64,000 nucleotides of DNA from an uncultured Poribacteria bacterium (GCA_951813565.1 OX638351.1:2400001-2464000), one strand, 5' to 3'; positions 41,531 through 50,694 are shown, counted from the stretch's first letter. Translations and numbers: made by a program. The notes: generated by a model not told the origin, from the letters alone.

Positions 41531-42814
41531 CTACCAGTTTATCAGAAAAATGAGAATTCCGAATATTGGGATTAAAGCAATCAATACTTTTACCTCAAGT
41601 AGACACTTTCTATAACGTTGAATAGAAGGTTTTTCCGCCGTTGATCTATCCAAAAATTTAATTCTTCGATCTATAGACGGATGTGTATTGAAAATTTCAA
41701 GAACAAAACGAAATAGTTTAGGAAGTCCGCTGAAAAATCCAAGGTTTTCTAATGCGGATATAAACGCTTCTGGATTATCGGTGAGGTCAACTGCATATAG
41801 GTCTGCTTGATGTTCAAAACGTCTCGATAAATAATTAAAGAAAATCTTAAAATAAAACACAAAGAAGAGAATCGAAACAATTGATAAGAGAATTGGGTAT
41901 CCCGCGAGAAGCGGCTTTAACGGCTTCATGACCACTTGGTAAAACAGCACAGAACTTATCAGATAACCGAATGCAAGAAAACAAGAGATAAGGAGATGTC
42001 TATGGCGAATGTGTCCGATTTCATGGGCAACAATTGTCTCAATCTGGTCATCTGTAAAATTGCGTAAAAGTGCATCCGTTATAAAGATTTTACGGTTGCG
42101 TGGGATTATTCCAGCGACAGCAGCGTTTGCTATAGCTAAACCACCTGTTTGCCACACCGCAATATCTCGATACTTCATTCCACTTCGGTCCGTTAACTGC
42201 TGCAGTTTCTGCTTTAGTACTATATTTGTTAGTGGTTCTGTTTTCCACAGGAATTGCATCAATAACGGTGCAATGACGAATAGAAGCACAAGTAGCGGAA
42301 GAAAAATCCCTACGACCACAAAAGGTTGTACCGTTTCAGGAAGTAGATGCGTGAGATCAAGAACTACATTAATTACTAACAGTGGAATCAGTGGGAGGAG
42401 TAAAAATCTGAAATTGAAACTAATGAATTCCCACCTTTGTTCGAATCGCCTCAAGGGAACATCTGGCATTACGACTCGAATACCGAGCAACCCTACGAAA
42501 AGAGGAATTAGAAAAAAGATCTCACGCGAGTGATGAACCATTTCTAAAAAGGCGAGATGTTTATTGATGAATTCCGGCAAGTTCAGCTGGTACAGGATGT
42601 AGACATAACTGCCCAAACTCAAGATTTCAAAAACAATCGTAGCACGTAAGGTGGTTAGTTTTCTTGTCAGATAAGTAAGAAGGATTGGGACTGTGGTAAG
42701 CACGCATGTCCAATAAACGACTTGCGCGTTGTTGAATTCTACGGATGTTTCCGGCGGTTCATAACGAATCAGAAAGATGAGTCCTGCGATTAGAACGATG
42801 CTTGTGTGTCCCAT
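41531..42814 (-). CDS. M48 (Ste24/HtpX-like) membrane metalloprotease
   Basis: Multiple TMs, ANAAVAG, AHEIGH, SRRFEHQAD, THPSIDRRI. Confidence 0.9.
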   Translation of the reverse strand: MGHTSIVLIAGLIFLIRYEPPETSVEFNNAQVVYWTCVLTTVPILLTYLTRKLTTLRATIVFEILSLGSYVYILYQLNLPEFINKHLAFLEMVHHSREIFFLIPLFVGLLGIRVVMPDVPLRRFEQRWEFISFNFRFLLLPLIPLLVINVVLDLTHLLPETVQPFVVVGIFLPLLVLLFVIAPLLMQFLWKTEPLTNIVLKQKLQQLTDRSGMKYRDIAVWQTGGLAIANAAVAGIIPRNRKIFITDALLRNFTDDQIETIVAHEIGHIRHRHLLISCFLAFGYLISSVLFYQVVMKPLKPLLAGYPILLSIVSILFFVFYFKIFFNYLSRRFEHQADLYAVDLTDNPEAFISALENLGFFSGLPKLFRFVLEIFNTHPSIDRRIKFLDRSTAEKPSIQRYRKCLLEVKVLIALIPIFGILIFLINW

Positions 42815-42980
42815 TATATTTATAACAACCTTGCTTGTAGCATCTATTGTAAGGCAATGCTACTTGTTATGGTTTCTACGGATGCCTCTAACTAACATGT
42901 TCCTCATCTTCCTGAACGCGCAGTAGCACCTTTAGAAAGATGCCATTGCGTGTAGTTTAGTTGGCGCATCGATCCCACTG

Positions 42981-43265
42981 TTACTCAAGCGCATCAGCAT
43001 GTTCTGCAAATTTAAAGTCTAATTCAGTTATGCCATCCGCATCGTGTGTGCTCATGTCAATTGTTACGCGATTGTAGACGTTGAACCATTCGGGGTGATG
43101 ATTCATGGATTCAGCGATTAAAGCGAGTTGTGTCATGAAACCGAACGCCGCAACGAAGTTATCGAATTGGAATTCCTTATGCAGTTTATCGTTTTCAACA
43201 GTCCAGCCGTTGAGTTTTTCTAAGTTCTTCTGAATTTCAGAATCTGTAAGTTTCTTTCGGGCCAT
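42981..43265 (-). CDS. phhB: Pterin-4-alpha-carbinolamine dehydratase
   Basis: NHHPEWFNVYNRV...THDA.GITELD; RBS GGAGG. Confidence 0.93.
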   Translation of the reverse strand: MARKKLTDSEIQKNLEKLNGWTVENDKLHKEFQFDNFVAAFGFMTQLALIAESMNHHPEWFNVYNRVTIDMSTHDADGITELDFKFAEHADALE

Positions 43266-43392
43266 CAGATACCTCCGCAAGAATTGAGCGCAAAAATTTA
43301 GTGGAATATTAGGTTAGATTAAGTTAGAATTGTAGTGGAAACATAAGATTATATCAAGTAAAAACAGTTCGAATATAAATAAGGAGAAATAA

Positions 43393-44619
43393 ATGGCACT
43401 TGCAACAACGTTATATTTTCCAGAGGTAGGTCCCCAATGGGAAGACTGGATCCAAGTTATCAACGTAGGCACTGAGGAAACCCGTGTGACAGGAATAGCA
43501 AGACACGCTGCTAACGGAAAACCAACTTGGACTGATGAAAAAGAGATTTCACCCTTTGAATGTTGGACACCGAACGTAGAGGCAATCAAACAGAATTCCT
43601 CAATGCAGCTTACCGCGGATGAACCGATTGTGGCAGAACGGCACATGCATAAAGACCCGAATATTCTTGATTTTGTGGGAGCGGCGGAGGAATATGAAAC
43701 AGTCGGGTTGCGTTTATTTTTTCCAGAATTGGTTCCTGGTGCATTAGACTGGTTCCGATTTATGAACGTTGGTGAGGCGGATGCGTATGTAAACATAATC
43801 GTCCGCAATCGGCGCGGAGATATTAACAGGCAACGTCACCATGTAATTAAACCGCAATGTTGTTGGGATATTGCCGAAGGCTTAATGGGGAATGTGCAAG
43901 GTACACTTGAAGTACAAAGTACGCAACCCATTGTTGGTGAACGACATCTACATTATCAAGGTGGAAAAACTTGCGTTGGACAATATGGCCAGGTTATCTC
44001 CGACGCACCGAAAACACTATACTTTCCAGAGGTTGGGCCAGCATGGCGAGACTGGGCAATCATTGTTAATGTCGGTAGAGAAAAGGGTGAGGTAACAATG
44101 ATAGCGCATGACGATGGTACTGGAAACCCGGTGACGACGATGGAGCGCGAATTGGATCCTTTTGAGTGTTGGATTCCGAAGATGGAGGATATTAAAATAA
44201 AATCTTCCATTTTGATACGGAGTGATCAACCGATTGTAGCGGAACGGCACATGCACAGTGGTACAGCAATAATTGATCTGCCAGGGGCATCCGAAGAAGG
44301 TGGTCACGTTGGACTTCGGTTATTCTTCCCAGAAATCGCAAGTGGGGCGAGAGATTGGTTCCGTTTCCTTAATGTCGGAGAAAACGATGCATTAGTTAAC
44401 ATCGTTGTCCGAAATAAAAGAGGTGATGTTAAACGGACGATTCATCGGCGGATAAAGCCACGCTGTTGTGCAGATGTTGACGAAGCCGCTATGGGAAACG
44501 TGCGTGGCTCTGTTGAAGCGCAAAGTTCACAACCCATCGTTGGTGAAAGACATCTGCATTATCAATCTGGACACAAAGGCGCGGTTGTCGGTCAATACGG
44601 TGTTGTCATAGGTGAATAA
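43393..44619 (+). CDS. Hypothetical protein made of four ~100-aa repeats in ABAB order
   Basis: Each repeat reads L(Y/F)FPE..DW...NVG...PIV(A/G)ERH(M/L)H. No signal peptide. Confidence 0.8.
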   Translation: MALATTLYFPEVGPQWEDWIQVINVGTEETRVTGIARHAANGKPTWTDEKEISPFECWTPNVEAIKQNSSMQLTADEPIVAERHMHKDPNILDFVGAAEEYETVGLRLFFPELVPGALDWFRFMNVGEADAYVNIIVRNRRGDINRQRHHVIKPQCCWDIAEGLMGNVQGTLEVQSTQPIVGERHLHYQGGKTCVGQYGQVISDAPKTLYFPEVGPAWRDWAIIVNVGREKGEVTMIAHDDGTGNPVTTMERELDPFECWIPKMEDIKIKSSILIRSDQPIVAERHMHSGTAIIDLPGASEEGGHVGLRLFFPEIASGARDWFRFLNVGENDALVNIVVRNKRGDVKRTIHRRIKPRCCADVDEAAMGNVRGSVEAQSSQPIVGERHLHYQSGHKGAVVGQYGVVIGE

Positions 44620-44622
44620 GCA

Positions 44623-45369
44623 ATGAATCTGAAGAATAAAATAGCAATTGTGACAGGCGCGGGACAAGGCATCGGTAAAGCAATTGCCCTCAGACTCGCG
44701 AATGCGGGTGCAGATATCGCAATCATGGATTTAAACCTATCAGCTGCTGAGTCTGTTGCCAAGGAGATAGAAAATCTTGGTCGGCAAGCACTTCCTATTC
44801 AAGCAGATGTGTCGCAGTCTACCGATGTTAATACTGCTGTAGACACAGTGCTTTCCGAATTTGGACGCATTGATATTCTTGTGAACAATGCTGGAATTGC
44901 CGGGAGAACGTTGCCACTAACTGATTTAGATGAATCAGATTGGGACACAGTGATAGGGGTGAACTTGACAGGTGTATTCCTCTGTTGTAAAGCGGTCATT
45001 GGCACGATGATTGCGCAGGATTACGGTAGAATAGTAAATATCGCCTCAATTGCTGGTAAGGAGGGCAACCCGACACTTATACCATATTCTGTGTCTAAGG
45101 CAGGAGTTATCTGCTTGACGAAAGCACTTGCGAAAGAGGTAACAGACTATAATATTCGTGTGAATGCTGTATCGCCCGCGGTTATAGGAACTCCTATTTT
45201 AGAGGGCATGGCACAGTCCACGATTGACTATATGGTAAGCAAGATTCCACTGGGGCGAGTTGGAAAACCTGAAGAAGTTGCGGCTGTCGTAAATTTCTTA
45301 GCCTCAGATGAGGCGAGTTTTGTGACGGGACAGTGTTATGATGTGAGCGGCGGTAGGGCTACTTATTGA
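44623..45369 (+). CDS. SDR family oxidoreductase (FabG-like)
   Basis: TGAGQGIG, NNAG, YSVSK. Confidence 0.92.
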   Translation: MNLKNKIAIVTGAGQGIGKAIALRLANAGADIAIMDLNLSAAESVAKEIENLGRQALPIQADVSQSTDVNTAVDTVLSEFGRIDILVNNAGIAGRTLPLTDLDESDWDTVIGVNLTGVFLCCKAVIGTMIAQDYGRIVNIASIAGKEGNPTLIPYSVSKAGVICLTKALAKEVTDYNIRVNAVSPAVIGTPILEGMAQSTIDYMVSKIPLGRVGKPEEVAAVVNFLASDEASFVTGQCYDVSGGRATY

Positions 45370-45655
45370 GTTCGTAGGTTGGGAAGAATACAGCGAGACC
45401 TAACATGTATTTTTCTTGTAGGAGGGGTTTTTAACCCCGATTGTTTCTGCATCTCGGATTGGTATGGATTTTTTATCTGAACCAGGATTGTCATGATTAT
45501 AGAATTTCCAAGATTATACATTTTTCTGAACAATAAATGTTTCTTTTGGTAGAAACGCGTTTTGTAGTCGCGCAATTCATTGCCAAATCAAGACAAAATG
45601 TGATTTTGACATTTGTCTTCTCTAAATCAATGCTATCGTATCGGGGTTGAAACCC

Positions 45656-45808
45656 GCAGCATGCCATACGGGGAATGCCATAAGGCATTCGGACCCGGTG
45701 AATGACTAAAGACGAATGCGCTTGGTAGAATACGCTTTTGGTATTCTACATGATTCGCCATGATTCATACCGTTGATTTCTTGATTTGGCGCATGCTGCG
45801 TTGATTCA
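45656..45808 (-). repeat. 153-bp composite of nested micro-hairpin elements inserted in a REP
   Basis: Near-identical to 50414-50566. Removing it restores GGGGTTGAAACCC-CTCCCACAA. Confidence 0.85.
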
Positions 45809-45894
45809 CTCCCACAAAGAGAGGAAAGGGCGACATACCAAGGAAAGAGAAGGCGGGCACAAAGACCCGCCCTATAAATCAAACAAAGTTACGA

Positions 45895-47286
45895 TTACTC
45901 TGCAATACAGTAGAGATACTGACTTCCACGCAAGTATAATTCTGAACCAACAATTGCTGGTGATGCGTTGAAACTGTCCTCTAAGTAATTTTGTGCCAGT
46001 ATTTCAAACTTAGGTCCGTGTTGAACAACTGCCACAGTGCCATTTCGACTTACGACATAGACGCGATCAGCAGCGCCAACAATTGACGCGTAGATGCCTC
46101 TTACGCCACCTATTCTAATAGGTCCATACAGTAATTCACCTGATATTTTGTCAACAGCGGAGATAATGTCGTTCCCTTTGAGGAAATATAGAATATTCCC
46201 GTGCAGGAGTGGAGATGGTACATAAGGTGTGTCTTCATTGTATTCCCATGCAATGGCTTCCGTGGATGCGGTAATGTCACCTTCGGCATTCGCAAGATTA
46301 ACCGCTTGCAATGCGGCACCTCTGAAACCACTGATGAGATAAACTAATCCATCGGCAGCTATAGGTGTGGGTATAACGTTTCCTGTCATACCGCCACATT
46401 CCCATAACACTTCGCCAGTTTCTAAATCATAACTACGCGATCTATTTGTAGCAGTAACAATTACCTGTGCTTTTCCACCGTGTTCCACAACAATAGGCGA
46501 TGTCCACGTGGTACGTTCGTCTCTATCCATTTTCCACAGTTCATCACCAGTTCGCTTATCCAGAGCAGTGATGAAGGAGGGACCTTCGTGGTCTTGCAGG
46601 ATCACAATTGTATTACCGTGAATGATAGGGCAGCTGCCTTCACCGAAGGTATTCCTTTTCTGCATTTTCCCGATGTCTTTTTCCCACTTGAGATTTCCAG
46701 CCATGTCCAAGCAATAAAGTCCACGAGAACCGAAATAGGCATAGATGTGTTCCCCATCGGTTATTGGAGAATTGGATGCGAAGCTGGCAGTTTCATGGAT
46801 ACCTTCATGCGGAGGCGTTTCTCGGAGAGTCTTTTGCCACAAAACACTTCCATCACTCCGATTGAGCGCAATCAAATCAAATTTATACGAAGGAAAAACT
46901 TCGTTTCTCCTTCTGCCACGTCTTCTTCGTCGAGAGTCTTCAGGTGGATTTTCAGCTTCTGTGTTCTGAGTTTGTGTTTTGGGCATCTCGCCTTTAATCG
47001 CAGTCTGAATGAAGATTCTATCTTCCCAGACAATAGGTGTGGCATGTCCCATACCGGGAATGCGAACTTTCCAGCGGATATTTTCAGTTTCACTCCATGT
47101 TGTGGGCGGATTTGCGTTAACAGCGGCACCGGTGGCATGCGGACCGCGCCAATGAGGCCAGTTGTTCTCAAAATTAAGGTTCTGTTCAGACTTAGAGGCA
47201 TGTTGATCAGCAATGGTCTGCAATGTATACAGAGCAAATATCGCTAAAACACATACGAATATCGTCAAGAATGTAGTTTTTTTCAT
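45895..47286 (-). CDS. Secreted PQQ-binding-like beta-propeller
   Basis: Signal peptide, NWPHWRGP, GHATPIVW, YVPSPL; ends LYCIAE. Confidence 0.88.
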   Translation of the reverse strand: MKKTTFLTIFVCVLAIFALYTLQTIADQHASKSEQNLNFENNWPHWRGPHATGAAVNANPPTTWSETENIRWKVRIPGMGHATPIVWEDRIFIQTAIKGEMPKTQTQNTEAENPPEDSRRRRRGRRRNEVFPSYKFDLIALNRSDGSVLWQKTLRETPPHEGIHETASFASNSPITDGEHIYAYFGSRGLYCLDMAGNLKWEKDIGKMQKRNTFGEGSCPIIHGNTIVILQDHEGPSFITALDKRTGDELWKMDRDERTTWTSPIVVEHGGKAQVIVTATNRSRSYDLETGEVLWECGGMTGNVIPTPIAADGLVYLISGFRGAALQAVNLANAEGDITASTEAIAWEYNEDTPYVPSPLLHGNILYFLKGNDIISAVDKISGELLYGPIRIGGVRGIYASIVGAADRVYVVSRNGTVAVVQHGPKFEILAQNYLEDSFNASPAIVGSELYLRGSQYLYCIAE

Positions 47287-47337
47287 AATAATATCTTCCT
47301 TATTAGTTGAGCCAGTTGTAGTTGTATATGTGATTAT

Positions 47338-48711
47338 CAAGCGTTCCGTTCAAAACCCAATGCTTTAGCTTTGGGATGTAGACACCGCTAACGTCTCCAT
47401 TTTTTTGTTGATTTTTCCTTGCGTTTGTGGTATACTATCCCCAGCATTACAGCGGTGGATTTCACCTCTCGCTTGAGAGTGCCACCGCACCATTTGAAAG
47501 TGGTATTGTAATGCGAACCTACAAATACAAGGGACAAAAACATAAACGCAATCGTCATCTGCAAAAAGACCTGCGTCCCATTGCGCATGTCCACAACCAT
47601 TTTGTTGCGTTGTTGCAACGTCACTATCGCATCTACGGACATTGCGAAGATTACAAACGACCCAATGCATTTAGGATGATTAAACATCTGACGAAACTGA
47701 AACGACTTGCTAAATATCAACACTGGACAATCCCATATTCTTGGTGTTTGCAAGAATGTATCCAACGCGTTGACAGAGGTTGGAAAAACTTCTTTGAAGG
47801 TAGAGCCAAGCGTCCGCCTAAATTTAGAAGTCGGCATAAATATAAATCTATGACTTTTGATGGTAGCCAAGTCAAAATAGAAACTTTTGACAAAACAGAT
47901 GGATGCCCCGTTGCGAAAATCCGTATCAATAGAAGGTGGTATCGCTGCTGGTATAGCAGACCTATTGAAGGCAACATCAAACGGGTTACCGTTAAGAAAG
48001 ACTTTGTAGGGGATTGGTATATCACTATCACAACAGACGCAGAAGGACTTGAGCCTGCACCTAAGACTGGTAGGACAGCAGGGTTTGATTTTGGACTCAA
48101 GGATTTTCTCACCTGTTCCGATGGCACGAAATATCAATCTCCTGAATTCTATAAATCTACTGCTAAACTGATAAAACGTGCGAGTCGTGCGTTGTCTCGG
48201 AAGCAGAAAGGCAGTAATAATCGCGAGCGTGCGAGGAAAGACCTTGCACGGGTACACAGGAAAATTAATCGGCAGCGGGAAGACCATCATTGGAAACTCG
48301 TGCTTGAACTTGTCCGAAAGTTTGATGTCTGTTTCTTCGAAAACTTGAACCTTGACGGCATGAAGCGCCTCTGGGGACGCAAAGTTTCGGACTACGGCTT
48401 TGCAGATTTCAGGCTGAAAATCAAATGGCAAGCACAAAAACGATGCAAGCACGTTGTGCAGATTGACAGATGGACACCCACAAGCAAAGTTTGCCACGCC
48501 TGCGGACAAATCCATAAGTTCTTTAATTTGAGTGTGCGCGATTGGTGTTGTCATCACTGCAAAATCTCTCATGACCGTGATATAAACGCTGCTATAAACA
48601 TTCATAAGGTTGGGACGTCAACCTTTTCAGGAGGAGACGTAACACCTGCCTCGGCAGGCAGTCTCTGATGATAGAAGAATCCCATGCCTTTAGGCTTGGG
48701 GAGTATGTCAA
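47338..48711 (+). mobile_element. IS200/IS605-family element, tnpB only (IS1341-like)
   Basis: The left end follows (G)ATTAT and has hairpin CCCAATGCTTTAGCTTTGGG. The right end has hairpin CCCATGCCTTTAGGCTTGGG and then GTCAA. No target duplication and no tnpA. Confidence 0.88.
47511..48668 (+). CDS. tnpB: RNA-guided endonuclease TnpB
   Basis: RuvC-I GFDFGLK, RuvC-II FENL, zinc finger CHACG...CHHC, RuvC-III DRDINAAINI. All three acidic residues are present. Confidence 0.93.
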   Translation: MRTYKYKGQKHKRNRHLQKDLRPIAHVHNHFVALLQRHYRIYGHCEDYKRPNAFRMIKHLTKLKRLAKYQHWTIPYSWCLQECIQRVDRGWKNFFEGRAKRPPKFRSRHKYKSMTFDGSQVKIETFDKTDGCPVAKIRINRRWYRCWYSRPIEGNIKRVTVKKDFVGDWYITITTDAEGLEPAPKTGRTAGFDFGLKDFLTCSDGTKYQSPEFYKSTAKLIKRASRALSRKQKGSNNRERARKDLARVHRKINRQREDHHWKLVLELVRKFDVCFFENLNLDGMKRLWGRKVSDYGFADFRLKIKWQAQKRCKHVVQIDRWTPTSKVCHACGQIHKFFNLSVRDWCCHHCKISHDRDINAAINIHKVGTSTFSGGDVTPASAGSL

Positions 48712-48730
48712 TCTGCTATACAATATAGAT
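48520..48730 (+). ncRNA. Predicted omega/reRNA (tnpB 3' end + right end + flank-derived guide)
   Basis: Inferred from established TnpB biology. The 5' boundary is approximate; the guide would start at 48712 (TCTGCTATACAATATAG). Confidence 0.5.
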
Positions 48731-50084
48731 GTTTAGTTCCACGCAGATATAGTTCTGATCCAACAATTGCAGGTGATGCGTTGAAACTATCGTCAAGGTG
48801 ATTCAGAGCAATTACTTCAAGTGCAGGTCCGTCTTTTAAAACTGCAACATTTCCGTCTCGACTTGCAATATATACACGACCTGCCGCGCCAACAATAGAT
48901 GCATATACATTGGATACACCTTTAACCCTTTCAGGTCCAAATAACACTTCTCCACTATTTCTGTCAATAGCTGTAAGTAGATTCCCATTTCTTTTCAAGA
49001 AATATATTGTATTTCCACTCAATAGCGGTGAAGGCACATAAGGTGTGTCACGGTCGTAATACCAATCAACTGCATCAGTCCCAGTAATATCGCCAGAAGC
49101 AAGTTCTAAGTTAATGGATTGTAGTGAACTTCCACCATGTCCACTTATCACATATATATGGCCATCTTTATGCATAGGAGATGGAATCACATTCCGCGTC
49201 ATACCATCACATTCCCAAACCAAATCGCCATTGGCTAAATCGTAACTACGTGTTCGGTTTGTTGCTGGAACGATCACTTGAGAGATGCCGTTGTAATCTA
49301 CAACAATAGGAGATGTCCATGTAGTAGGTTCATCCCTATCCATTCGCCAAAGTTCGTCACCTATGTGTTTATCCAAGGCAGTAATAAAGGATTGTCCTTG
49401 ATGGTCCTGTAGCACAATAATGGCATCACCATATATCACTGGGCAGCTTCCTTCACCGAAAGTACCCGCTTTACGCATTTGTCCAATATCTTTTTCCCAT
49501 ATCAGATTCCCTTTGAAATCCAAACAGTAGAGACCACGAGAACCGAAATAAGCGTAAATGTGTTTTCCATCGGTTGTTGGTGAGTTGGATGCGAAACTTG
49601 AATGACCGTGCATACCCTCGTGAGGAGCAGTTTCCCGTAGCGTTTTTTCCCACAAGACACTCCCATCACTTCGTTTCAGCACAAGGAGATTAAACTTATA
49701 TGGTGGTATGGTTCTATTCCTGTTTCTTCTATTACGTCTTCTTTCAGACTGTGATTCTTGCGATATATTTTCATCTTCCACACTCTCAGTTTCTGGCATC
49801 TCACCTTTAATGGCTGCCTGGACAAATATCATATCTTCCCAAATGATCGGCGTAGCATGACCTAAACCGGGAATGCGAACTTTCCAGCGGATATTTTCTG
49901 TTTCACTCCATGTTGTGGGTGGATTAGCATTTACTGCCATCCCTGTTGAATGAGGACCTCGCCAGTGATGCCAGTTTTTTTCAAAATTGAGTGTCTGTTC
50001 AGTATCAACCGTGGTTTTTGAACTGCACGCGACGAACATCGCGAGAGCACAGATACATATTGTCAAGAATGCCAATTTTTTCAT
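48708..50084 (-). CDS. PQQ-binding-like beta-propeller lipoprotein (paralog of 45895-47286)
   Basis: MKKLAF...FVAC lipobox, NWHHWRGP. The stop codon lies inside the IS right end. Confidence 0.88.
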   Translation of the reverse strand: MKKLAFLTICICALAMFVACSSKTTVDTEQTLNFEKNWHHWRGPHSTGMAVNANPPTTWSETENIRWKVRIPGLGHATPIIWEDMIFVQAAIKGEMPETESVEDENISQESQSERRRNRRNRNRTIPPYKFNLLVLKRSDGSVLWEKTLRETAPHEGMHGHSSFASNSPTTDGKHIYAYFGSRGLYCLDFKGNLIWEKDIGQMRKAGTFGEGSCPVIYGDAIIVLQDHQGQSFITALDKHIGDELWRMDRDEPTTWTSPIVVDYNGISQVIVPATNRTRSYDLANGDLVWECDGMTRNVIPSPMHKDGHIYVISGHGGSSLQSINLELASGDITGTDAVDWYYDRDTPYVPSPLLSGNTIYFLKRNGNLLTAIDRNSGEVLFGPERVKGVSNVYASIVGAAGRVYIASRDGNVAVLKDGPALEVIALNHLDDSFNASPAIVGSELYLRGTKHLYCIAD

Positions 50085-50146
50085 TATATGAATTCCTTTC
50101 ATGTTTGTTATGGTGATCCGTAGGTTGGGTAGAGCGCAGCGAAACC

Positions 50147-50660
50147 CATAAATCAACGGTATGAATGCCTGAATCAACGCCAAATGCGCTTTTTGGCATT
50201 TGGCGGGTTTTCAACCCCGATTTCTTCTCTATGAGAAGTATTCAACTATGAGAAATCAATATATCGGGCTTCCAAAGCCCTCCCACAAGAAAAAAATCAG
50301 CAACTTAAGTATATACCTTCTTGTGGGAGTGAATCAACGCCAAATGCGCTTTTTGGCATTTATCGGGTTTTCAACCCCGCTGAATGCCTACACGCGCATT
50401 CAGCGTTGATTTGGCAGCATGCCGGACGGGGAATGCCATAAGGCATTCGGACCCGGTGAATGACTAAAGACGAATGCGCTTGGTAGAATACGCTTTTGGT
50501 ATTCTACATGATTCGCCATGATTCATACCTTTGATTTCTTGATTTGGCGCATGCTGCGTTGATTTGGATTTAACAGTTTGAGTCTCACAAAATCGGGCGG
50601 ACAAGGTCTCCCTCCCACAAGAGACAATCTGGTAATTATGTGCTTAAGTTGACACCTATG
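50147..50660. mobile_element. IS4-like MITE (third copy), inflated by REPs and micro-hairpins
   Basis: Right TIR CTTAAGTTGACACCTATG; interrupted left end (CATA...CAACTTAAG); 20-bp direct repeat GGGTAGAGCGCAG(C/G)GAAACC at 50127-50146 and 50661-50680. Confidence 0.72.
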
Positions 50661-50694
50661 GGGTAGAGCGCAGGGAAACCCAACAACTCAACTA

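Noticed and set aside
46480..47247. 255-aa plus-strand ORF
   Set aside because: It is an antisense shadow of the beta-propeller gene.
47388..48605. 405-aa ORF antisense to tnpB
   Set aside because: It fully overlaps a motif-complete tnpB and has no recognisable motifs, so it is treated as a shadow ORF.
50085..50183. N-terminal extension of the ORF-track call 48708..50183
   Set aside because: It runs into REP/MITE sequence; the signal peptide begins at ATG 50084.
50150..50570. Possible CRISPR array (repeated AATCAACG hairpins)
   Set aside because: There is no regular repeat-spacer period, orientations are mixed, units are nested, and no cas genes are present.
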